Shown in pieces: positions 56,639-64,000 of a stretch of DNA of 64,000 nt; the first letter of the stretch is position 1; the number at the start of each line of letters is the position of its first letter. The stretch comes from Acidobacteriota bacterium. GTDB lineage: Bacteria > Acidobacteriota > Vicinamibacteria > Vicinamibacterales > 2-12-FULL-66-21. The notes beneath the pieces are model-generated. The model was not told where the DNA came from. It made no database searches and saw only the letters and a list, made by a program, of their open reading frames with translations. Where the stretch lies: the NCBI GenBank assembly GCA_046732715.1, contig JBKPNQ010000138.1:4397-68396 (forward strand). The letters run 5' to 3'. A program made the translations under genes and the position numbers.

Positions 56639-57552
56639 CAGTGCCGGACGCGATTCGCACCGAGTCGCTCACCAAATACTACGGGCCGGTGGTGGCCCTC
56701 GAGTCTCTGGATCTCACCGTCGCGACTGGTGAGATTTACGGTTTCCTCGGACCGAATGGGGCCGGCAAGACAACGACGATCCGAATCCTGCTCGATCTGG
56801 TACGGGCCACGAGCGGACGCGCCCGTGTCGACGGCCTTGATTGTCGGGCCGCGAGCGTGGACGTGCGACGGCGGATCGGATACTTGCCGGCCGAGATGCC
56901 TCTCTATCGCGAAATGACCGGGGTCGCGTATCTGCAGTTTCTGGCCGCGCTTGAATCGCGGCGAGTGGACGAATCGTATCGCCGGAAGCTGTTTGCCCGA
57001 TTCGATGTCAGCGACATCGACCTCCGGCGGCGGCTCGACCACCTGTCGCACGGCATGAAGCGCAAGTTCGGCATCATCCAGGCGCTCATGGGACAGCCGC
57101 CATTGTTGATCCTCGATGAACCGACATCCGGCCTCGACCCGTTGATGATTGAAGCGTTCGCTGAGACCGTTCATGAGTTGAAGACGGAAGGGCGCACGAC
57201 GATCTTCCTGTCGTCGCACGTTCTGTCGGAAGTGGAACGCCTCTGCGACCGCGTCGGCATCATCCGGCGCGGAAAGCTCGTGAGACAAACGTCGATCGCG
57301 GATCTGCGCCGTGACACACCGCGGCGGCTGCGCGTATTTTTTGACGGTGCCGCCCCACGTCCGCCCTCGTCACTCGCTGCTGCCGTGCGCCGCAGCGACA
57401 CCCGGCACTGGGAGCTGGAGTGGCCCGGCCCGCTCGGGGGCGTACTCGACGCACTGCAAGGGCTCGCGGTTTCGGACATCGAGATCGAGCCGTTCAAGCT
57501 CGAGGACTACGTGCTCAAGATCTATTCCGGCACGCCAGGAGCGGGCGCGTGA
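56635..57552 (+). CDS. ABC transporter ATP-binding protein
   Basis: GTGA overlap with the upstream gene. GPNGAGKTTT (Walker A), LSHGMKRK (signature), LLILDEPTSGLD (Walker B). Confidence 0.9.
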   Translation: MTVPDAIRTESLTKYYGPVVALESLDLTVATGEIYGFLGPNGAGKTTTIRILLDLVRATSGRARVDGLDCRAASVDVRRRIGYLPAEMPLYREMTGVAYLQFLAALESRRVDESYRRKLFARFDVSDIDLRRRLDHLSHGMKRKFGIIQALMGQPPLLILDEPTSGLDPLMIEAFAETVHELKTEGRTTIFLSSHVLSEVERLCDRVGIIRRGKLVRQTSIADLRRDTPRRLRVFFDGAAPRPPSSLAAAVRRSDTRHWELEWPGPLGGVLDALQGLAVSDIEIEPFKLEDYVLKIYSGTPGAGA

Positions 57553-58352
57553 TGTTCGTCGCGCTCGTGCGTCGTTCCTTCGCGCGTCATCGTGCCCTGA
57601 TCGGGGCGCTGACTGCGCTGCTCTCGGCTTTTCAGATCCTCGACATTGTCGTCGCCTACAAGCTTCAGCAGAATGCGGCCTACTCGCAATTCGCCGCGAT
57701 GGTACCGGCGTTCATCCAGGAAGCCATGGGCGGAGCGCTGGTCGGGACGTTTCTTGGCGCGATTGCAGTGGGCTTCGTCCACCCACTCGTCATGCTGTCG
57801 CTGTCCTGTGCGGCAATCTATCTCGCCAGCGAACCCGCGGGTGAGGTCGAGGAAGGGCTGGTGGACCTCGTCGTCGCCCGACCGGTGCCGAGGCACGTGA
57901 TCGTTTCACGGTCGATGGTGGTGTACGTGACCGGGACGTTCGTGGTCGTGGCTGCGATGTTCGCAACGAGCCGCGCGACCGTGCATTGGCTGATGCCGGG
58001 GCAGGCGCACGTGGTCGCGGCGTCGCGCCTTGCCTGGCTGGCTTTCAACCTGCTCGCCATCGTCTGGTCGCTCGGCGCTGCCGCTCTGGCCTTCGCGTCG
58101 CACGTCCGCGAACGCGCGCGCGCGGCCGGGACTATCGCGCTGCTCGCAGTGTTTCTGTATCTGCTGCAGTTCGGTGCCGCCGCCTGGGAGCCGTTACGAC
58201 CGTTCGCGCGGGTGTCGCCGTTCCACTACTACGCAACGATGCAAACGCTGATGGGCCAGGTGACGCCAGCGACACACATTGCGGGACTGCTGACTGCAGC
58301 GGTGATATTGCTTGGGGTTGCGTATGTTCTGTACGAACGCCGTGACCTGTAA
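57552..58352 (+). CDS. ABC-2 type transporter permease
   Basis: ATG 57552 overlaps the ATPase stop by 1 nt. 266 aa, about 6 TM helices. Confidence 0.7.
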   Translation: MFVALVRRSFARHRALIGALTALLSAFQILDIVVAYKLQQNAAYSQFAAMVPAFIQEAMGGALVGTFLGAIAVGFVHPLVMLSLSCAAIYLASEPAGEVEEGLVDLVVARPVPRHVIVSRSMVVYVTGTFVVVAAMFATSRATVHWLMPGQAHVVAASRLAWLAFNLLAIVWSLGAAALAFASHVRERARAAGTIALLAVFLYLLQFGAAAWEPLRPFARVSPFHYYATMQTLMGQVTPATHIAGLLTAAVILLGVAYVLYERRDL

Positions 58353-58418
58353 ATCAACAATCAACCCCTCGATGTTGCTCGGGGCTGACCCTGAGCGAAG
58401 TCGAAGGGTCGGCAATCA
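58352..58418. repeat. Composite element: (AATCAAC)2, REP-like palindrome (copy c), CAATCA
   Basis: aatcaac aatcaac CCCCTCGATGTTGCTCGGGGCTGACCCTGAGCGAAGTCGAAGGG tcgg caatca. Lies between convergent genes. Confidence 0.75.
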
Positions 58419-58419
58419 T

Positions 58420-59832
58420 TCACGGCTTTTCCACCCGGAAGGCGATATACATCAACGTGCTCTCGCGCTCGATCAGCAGGACCGCAGCGCCGCCTGGCTT
58501 TAACTGCGCCGCGAAGGCTTTCAAATCCTCGGCGCTGCGCACGACTTGTCCATTGAGCGCGTAGATGACATCTCCGGGCTGAAGCCGTCCTTGCTGCGAA
58601 AACGGCGTCTCCGGCGTCACGCGCGCGACGACCGCCCCTTTCTGACGACGGACCGACGGCAGCAATCCCGCCACCGTGGGGTTGAGATCGAGCAGCACCA
58701 CGCCCAGCGGCCGGATCGCTTGCTGGGATCCGAGGAGGGCTTCCAGCTCACCGGTGTCGTTGGATCGTTCAACCACCGGTACTTTTACGGTGCGCGTGCG
58801 CTCGCCGCGGCGGATCTCCAGACTGACCTGCTCGCCAACTCCTCGCGTGTAGACGTTGATGCGGAACTGTCTCCCGTTTTCCATCGGCTTACCGTCCAGC
58901 GTCAGCACGATGTCCCCGGGCTCGAGTCCCGCCTTCTCGGCAGGCCCACCCGGCGTCACGTCGGCAAGGATCACGCCCGCGTCGTACGACAAACCAAGCG
59001 CTTCGGCCATCAGCGGCGTGATCGTCTGCGAGTTGACGCCGATCTCGCCCCGGCGCACCCGGCCCTGCTTTCGGATCTGCGTAAACACGTTTCGGACAAT
59101 GTTGCTGGGCGCGGCGAACCCGATGCCTTCGCTGCCACCGGATTGCGAATAGATCAAGGTGTTGACACCAACCAGCCGTCCGGCCGTATCGACCAGCGCG
59201 CCGCCGCTGTTGCCCGGATTGATGGTCGCGTCGGTCTGGATGTAGATCATCGGGTCATCGGGCGTGAGCTGACGCGCGACCGCGCTGACCACACCCATCG
59301 AGACCGAGGACTCGAGCCCGAGCGGGCTGCCAAATGCCAGGACGATCTGCCCCGAGCGAAGCGCATCCGAATCGCCGAACTGGAGCGGCGGAAGTCCCTG
59401 GGCCTCGACCCTGATCACGGCAATGTCCGTCTCGTGATCAATCGCGATGACCCGGGCCCCGACGGTCCGCCCTCTCCGTTTGAGAATGGACCGTCCAGGC
59501 GTCCCTTCAACCGGCAACTCGACCTCGACCCTCGTCGCGTTTTCGACGACGTGCGCGTTGGTCACGATGTAGCCGTCGGCATCGACGATGACGCCCGATC
59601 CGCTGCTGCGCTCGAGTTGCGGCTCCGACGTCGCGCTCTGGTCCTCTTCATCTGGGGTGGGATATCCGGTCACGAAGATCTGGACAACGCTCGGGCTGAC
59701 CCTGGCCGCCAGTTCCTGGAGGGAGCGAGAGAGGTCCGCCAGCGGCGGGGCGGTGGTTGCGGTCTGCGCCGACGCAACTGGCGCCGAACACAGACACAGC
59801 AGGATCAGTGAGAGACGACGAAGCCAGATCAT
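58420..59832 (-). CDS. htrA: Do/HtrA family serine endoprotease (two PDZ domains)
   Basis: ATG 59832. MIWLRRLSLILLCLCSAPVASAQ is a signal peptide. TNAHVV...DIAVI...GNSGGAL is the catalytic triad context. Confidence 0.9.
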   Translation of the reverse strand: MIWLRRLSLILLCLCSAPVASAQTATTAPPLADLSRSLQELAARVSPSVVQIFVTGYPTPDEEDQSATSEPQLERSSGSGVIVDADGYIVTNAHVVENATRVEVELPVEGTPGRSILKRRGRTVGARVIAIDHETDIAVIRVEAQGLPPLQFGDSDALRSGQIVLAFGSPLGLESSVSMGVVSAVARQLTPDDPMIYIQTDATINPGNSGGALVDTAGRLVGVNTLIYSQSGGSEGIGFAAPSNIVRNVFTQIRKQGRVRRGEIGVNSQTITPLMAEALGLSYDAGVILADVTPGGPAEKAGLEPGDIVLTLDGKPMENGRQFRINVYTRGVGEQVSLEIRRGERTRTVKVPVVERSNDTGELEALLGSQQAIRPLGVVLLDLNPTVAGLLPSVRRQKGAVVARVTPETPFSQQGRLQPGDVIYALNGQVVRSAEDLKAFAAQLKPGGAAVLLIERESTLMYIAFRVEKP

Positions 59833-59973
59833 GCGGGCTCGATCGTAGCACGCTGACGCGGAGCTACCAGCCTCCGCCAAGGCTACGGCGGTCGGCAGAC
59901 GCGTCAGCGAAGGCGGCAAGCTCCGCGCGACGGGTGTCGCGGCTCGAAGCCGGATCCCCGATCCCGGCTCTCC

Positions 59974-60002
59974 TTGACACAGCCCTGAAGATCCGGTGCA
60001 AT
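59974..60002 (+). promoter_or_regulatory. Candidate sigma70-type promoter (TTGACA-17-TGCAAT), possibly giving a leaderless mRNA
   Basis: The -10 hexamer ends 7 nt before ATG 60010, and there is no SD in between. Confidence 0.35.
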
Positions 60003-60009
60003 CCGCCCC

Positions 60010-61026
60010 ATGCGCCTCGCACTGACTCTCGCGCTGGGCCTGGCACTTGCGCCGGCTGGCCCGCAGGGAACAAAAACCACCGGCAGTCCTGAAGAGAATT
60101 TGCCGAAAACGATCAGGCGGCTGACGCATTTCGGCGAACGCGCGTCATGGTCGCCCGACGGCAAGCGGATCGCGTTCATGGAGAAGAGCTTCGGGGACGC
60201 GTACGAGGTTGACGTCGCCTCTGGCACCATCCGTCTGCTGACCCACTACGCGCATCCCGGATTCCTGCGCGTTCAGTTCCTGCCCAACGGCGATTACTTC
60301 CTGATTGGCGCCCGAACGTTCACCGACATCAGCGCGACACGGTCGCGCGATCAAGAGATGTGGATCCTCAAGGCCGACTTCAAGCCTGGGGACCACGCGG
60401 TCTCCCTCGACCACAAGATCTCAGAGGGCGTGGCCATCTCTCGGACGGCCATGAAGATCGCGTGGTCGAACACGCGCGGTCAATACCCGGATCGATTCAA
60501 GGACGGTGAGTCGGCGATCTACACGGCCGACATCGTCTACGACGGCGGACACGCGAAACTGACGAACGAGCAAGAACTCCTTCGCGCGAACGCTCCCGAC
60601 TGCACACTGGAGGCGCAGGACTTCCGCAAGAACGACAGCGAGCTCATCTACACCTGCTATCGTTCGCCGTTCGCCGATGTGTTCGGCATCGATCTCACCA
60701 CCAAGAAGACGACGGTGTATCGCAAGATCGCTGGCGAATACAACGAGGTCGAGGGCATCTTCCCGGATGGAGAGTACACCCTGGTCGAGTCGAGCCGCGA
60801 GCAGCTCGAACACAACTCGAACTATATCGACATCTGGAAACTGAAGCTCGAACCCAATAGTACGGACTTCACGCGGGTGACGCACTGGGGCGAATATCGC
60901 GGCTACAAGGCTTCGAATCCGGTCGTCAGCCCCGACGGCAAGCGGATGGCGTTTCAGTCGGCGCGGAGCAAGGATCCCGCCGGCGTCGGCTACGGCATCT
61001 TCGTGATGGAAGTGAGAGAGAAATAG
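60010..61026 (+). CDS. TolB-like/PD40 beta-propeller protein, secreted
   Basis: 338 aa. WSPDGKRIAF and VSPDGKRMAF are PD40-type repeats. Signal peptide present. Confidence 0.7.
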   Translation: MRLALTLALGLALAPAGPQGTKTTGSPEENLPKTIRRLTHFGERASWSPDGKRIAFMEKSFGDAYEVDVASGTIRLLTHYAHPGFLRVQFLPNGDYFLIGARTFTDISATRSRDQEMWILKADFKPGDHAVSLDHKISEGVAISRTAMKIAWSNTRGQYPDRFKDGESAIYTADIVYDGGHAKLTNEQELLRANAPDCTLEAQDFRKNDSELIYTCYRSPFADVFGIDLTTKKTTVYRKIAGEYNEVEGIFPDGEYTLVESSREQLEHNSNYIDIWKLKLEPNSTDFTRVTHWGEYRGYKASNPVVSPDGKRMAFQSARSKDPAGVGYGIFVMEVREK

Positions 61027-61063
61027 GGCCGGGCTGAGCCCGCCTTGGCCACAAGGAGTCCCA

Positions 61064-62179
61064 ATGACCGCACACCGCCATCTGCTGTTTGTCGTCGCGA
61101 CTGTCGCAGGCATTGCCCTGTCCACTGCCGCCGCATCGTCGCCCAACGGCGAACACCATTACCTGTACGTGGCCGAGCCCGGCATCCGCAACTACGTCGA
61201 GTACGGCGGGGTCGGCGTGATCGTCTACGACATGGACAACGGCCACAAGTTCGTCAAGCGCATCCCGACCTTCGCGGAAGTCGCCGGGCAGGAAGCCGAG
61301 AACGTCAAGGGGGTGGCGGCCAACGCGAAGACCGGGCGGCTGTACGTGTCGACGATCAAGCGAGTCGCCGCGATCGATCTGCAGACGGAGAAGGTCGTCT
61401 GGAACAAGGAATACGAGGGCGGCGCGGATCGGCTCGCCGTGTCGCCTGACGGGAAGACGCTGTACATCCCCTCGCTTGAAGGACCGCACTGGCACGCGGT
61501 TGACGCGGCCTCCGGCGACGTCATCGCGAAGGTCATCACGAATTCCGGCGCGCACAATACGATTTATGGAGCGAACGGAAAGCGGGTTTACCTCGCCGGT
61601 CTGAAGATGCCCAAGCTGCTCATCGCCGATCCGAGCACGAACACAGTCGTGCAGGAGGTCGGCCCGTTCAGCAACGTCGTGCGCCCCTTCACCGTCAACG
61701 CCGCCGAGACGCTCTGCTTCGTCAACGTGAACGATCTGCTCGGCTTCGAGATCGGCGACATGAAGACCGGCAAGGTGCTTCACAAGGTCGAAGTCACCGG
61801 TTTCGAAAAAGGGCCGGTCAAGCGGCACGGCTGCCCAAGCCACGGAGTGGGGCTGACGCCGGATGAAAAAGAATTGTGGCTGGCGGACGGGCACAACGAA
61901 CGGATGCACATCTTCAACGCGACGGTCATGCCGCCAACGCAAGTCGCTTCGATCAAGCTGCGCGATCAGCCGGGCTGGGTGACGTTCAGCCTTGACGGAC
62001 GGTACGGCTATCCGTCGACCGGCGAAGTGATCGACACCAAGACGCGAAAGATCGTCGTCGCGCTCTCAGACGAGGCGAACCGCGTCGTGCAGAGCGAAAA
62101 GGTCGTGGAGATTGTGAAGGATGCCGGAGGTCGGGTTATTCGAACTGGTGATCAGTTTGGCGTCGGTCGCAAAAAGTAA
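61064..62179 (+). CDS. YncE/YVTN-like beta-propeller protein, secreted
   Basis: 371 aa. AAGGAG lies 5 nt upstream. LAVSPDGKTLYIP and GVGLTPDEKELWLA repeats. Confidence 0.7.
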   Translation: MTAHRHLLFVVATVAGIALSTAAASSPNGEHHYLYVAEPGIRNYVEYGGVGVIVYDMDNGHKFVKRIPTFAEVAGQEAENVKGVAANAKTGRLYVSTIKRVAAIDLQTEKVVWNKEYEGGADRLAVSPDGKTLYIPSLEGPHWHAVDAASGDVIAKVITNSGAHNTIYGANGKRVYLAGLKMPKLLIADPSTNTVVQEVGPFSNVVRPFTVNAAETLCFVNVNDLLGFEIGDMKTGKVLHKVEVTGFEKGPVKRHGCPSHGVGLTPDEKELWLADGHNERMHIFNATVMPPTQVASIKLRDQPGWVTFSLDGRYGYPSTGEVIDTKTRKIVVALSDEANRVVQSEKVVEIVKDAGGRVIRTGDQFGVGRKK

Positions 62180-62197
62180 AAACTGGCTTCAAGACCC

Positions 62198-62446
62198 GTG
62201 TCAGGCGCGGGTCCTGTCCGCGGCCAGCGACAGGTCCTTACGACTGAGAATGCGCTCGTCGCCACTTTGACGCCAGACTCTGCGGGCCGGGTCACGCAGG
62301 AGTTGAGGGAGGGCGTCTACGTGGTACGCGTCAGCCACCCGCGCTATGCGGCCGACGTCCGTCGCATGCAGGTACAGCCCCGACAGACAATTGAGATCAA
62401 GACGACCCTGCGCGCAGGTTCGTCCACGCCGATCGAGCGCCCGTGA
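62198..62446 (+). CDS. Stand-alone carboxypeptidase-regulatory-like domain fragment (possibly a relic)
   Basis: 82 aa, GTG start. DSAGRVTQELREGVYVVRVSHPRYA fits the CarboxypepD_reg pattern. No signal peptide. Confidence 0.35.
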   Translation: MSGAGPVRGQRQVLTTENALVATLTPDSAGRVTQELREGVYVVRVSHPRYAADVRRMQVQPRQTIEIKTTLRAGSSTPIERP

Positions 62447-62528
62447 GCAAGGGAGCGAAATCCATTCGAACGGCGCTTGGCTTTTGACGGCTCGTGCGGG
62501 TGCGGCGCCATGTTAGGCGGCGCGTGCA

Positions 62529-63050
62529 TTAGTCCATTCGAATGCTAGAAGGCGTTTCGCGCGCGAGCAAGTGTAATCCGATGCCACGGATGCGAAGCAC
62601 AACGCACGTCACGACAATGCATGGAGCAAGCACGAACCAGAACTCAACAAATCTTGAGTCAATCGGCTGCCAGAACGACACGTAGCGCTCGCTGGATATG
62701 GGGCTGAAAAATGCCACGCCCATTTCATGGGTCGTCAAGGCATCGAGAATGCCGTGTGACGCGGTCGCAAGCGCGAGGTACAGCGCCAATCTTCTCGTGC
62801 AGTTGCCTGACATCAGACGCTTCACCGATATGGCGGCGACGGCGCCCACGACGACCGCAAAGAGCAGCGAATGTGTAACCGTCCGATGAAACTCCCGGCC
62901 CTCTGCCCACAGCAGTGGTGCAAGCAAATCAACGTCGGGTACCACAGCACAGACTGCCCCCGCAATTAGGAACACCCACAGCGCGGACTTTGGGGCCCAT
63001 GCCGACCCGACGGCCACGGCCAGCATCGCGTGAGTCGGCGAAAATGCCAT
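62529..63050 (-). CDS. Membrane-bound metal-dependent hydrolase (YdjM/DUF457 family)
   Basis: 173 aa. PDVDLL...HRTVTHSLLF...ASHGILDALT. Confidence 0.75.
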   Translation of the reverse strand: MAFSPTHAMLAVAVGSAWAPKSALWVFLIAGAVCAVVPDVDLLAPLLWAEGREFHRTVTHSLLFAVVVGAVAAISVKRLMSGNCTRRLALYLALATASHGILDALTTHEMGVAFFSPISSERYVSFWQPIDSRFVEFWFVLAPCIVVTCVVLRIRGIGLHLLARETPSSIRMD

Positions 63051-63162
63051 TTCGATTGTGCGACTTTGTGTCCGCCTAACGACCGTGTTTCAGCCGCAAT
63101 GATTCCATCAACCGACGACTGCAAGCGAGGTCGGCCACGCTGGCCAAGACGAGAGCGCCTGC

Positions 63163-64000
63163 CTAGCGAACGGTGACCGACATCGCCTGGAAATCAATCA
63201 TCACTTCGGCTGCTTGACTGAGTACGTCCAGGCCAAGATTCCCGTGCTGACGATCGTTGCCGATCGGTGGCGAAAACACGTTCGCTGGCCGCAGCACGCC
63301 ATCCCACTCACCAACCCGTAGACGAAGCTCCGCGATCGCAACAATCTGTTGTTCGGCAGAGCCGCCGATCTGGTGGACCCGCGCGGTACTCTTGCGCCCT
63401 GCCCGCACCACGTCCGGGAAGTCGCGCGCGAAGCGCTCCCACAGTTGCGTGCCGGCCTGGTTGCCGGTGTCGAGCACAAACTCGAGCGGCCTGTCCGAAT
63501 ACTGCACGCGGATCAATAGACCCGCGCCGTCGAACGCGAGGTTGCCGTCAGGATCTCCGGTGCGAATCGGATTGGAACCCAGCTGACAGGTCCCGTCTCT
63601 CGCCCATCGGATCGACGGAAGAGCCGAGATGACTGGAAGGCCGATCGTTCCTCGTTTACCGGGTGGTTGTTCATTCCAGGGGGGTTGCGAATCGGGGAAC
63701 ACCAGCACCGGCACGTTGCGCAACTCAGCCTCGCCTATCACGACGCGTTCGGCGACCGCTGTTCGCATCGGCGCCGTCCCACCTGCGAAGTCTCCCGCCG
63801 CCGCGCTCGCGCCCTGCACGGATATCCCGAGCATGCGAGCTTCGCTTTCGGACATCGCCGTATGACTGAACGCGCTGTCAAAGAGCCAGTGCACGGCCTT
63901 GCCGTTGATCACGGCTGGCAGCACGATGCCCTGGGCGCTCGCTTCGCACCGAAAGCGTTGATGGTGGCCCGGTCGCGCGGACTGATTCGGGAGACGTCGG
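63163..64000 (-). CDS. Retropepsin-like (clan AA) aspartic protease, two lobes; 5' end probably beyond the window
   Basis: FVLDTGNQAG and WLFDSAFSHT are lobe motifs. The reading frame stays open from 63924 to the window end. Confidence 0.55.
   Translation of the reverse strand, partial: RRLPNQSARPGHHQRFRCEASAQGIVLPAVINGKAVHWLFDSAFSHTAMSESEARMLGISVQGASAAAGDFAGGTAPMRTAVAERVVIGEAELRNVPVLVFPDSQPPWNEQPPGKRGTIGLPVISALPSIRWARDGTCQLGSNPIRTGDPDGNLAFDGAGLLIRVQYSDRPLEFVLDTGNQAGTQLWERFARDFPDVVRAGRKSTARVHQIGGSAEQQIVAIAELRLRVGEWDGVLRPANVFSPPIGNDRQHGNLGLDVLSQAAEVMIDFQAMSVTVR

Noticed and set aside
7215-58418. The tandem arrays as possible CRISPR arrays
   Set aside because: The units are 7-10 nt with no unique spacers between them. 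The arrays are 30-90 nt long, and no cas genes are present.

Overview
GC-rich (about 65%), gene-dense bacterial chromosome. The gene content suggests Acidobacteriota: a PadR regulator paired with an ADOP-type duplicated FtsX permease, DUF4159, paired secreted amidohydrolases, and many DinB/GNAT/VOC genes. About 65 CDS are supported, roughly 55 of them on the minus strand. Two long co-directional housekeeping arrays dominate the window. The first is mgtE-recO-glyQ-glyS-ppdK-corA-mutL. The second is M20 peptidase, gamma-CA, hisS, aspS, phoH, ybeY, corC, era, then GH95. A loose stress and small-molecule-modification neighbourhood spans about 13.8-28 kb. There are two ECF sigma/anti-sigma modules, and one is coupled to an ABC-2 exporter. 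I recognised no rRNA, tRNA, CRISPR array, IS element, integrase, prophage or known defence system. ORF-track starts are the most upstream ATG/GTG/TTG and are often too long, so I trimmed many using signal peptides, SD sequences and ATGA/GTGA overlaps. The most unusual content is non-coding and falls into three groups. (1) At least 12 intergenic loci consist of tandem 7-8 nt units, often as inverted arms around a unique core, and the unit sequence differs between loci. (2) A conserved hairpin overlapping the SD sits directly upstream of start codons in four copies, next to an exact 11-mer box. (3) A roughly 40-nt REP/MITE-like palindrome occurs in three copies, one inside the predicted 5' end of ppdK. 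A period-10 DNA repeat also lies inside the mutL linker. All structure statements come from reading the sequence by eye; no folding or database search was run.
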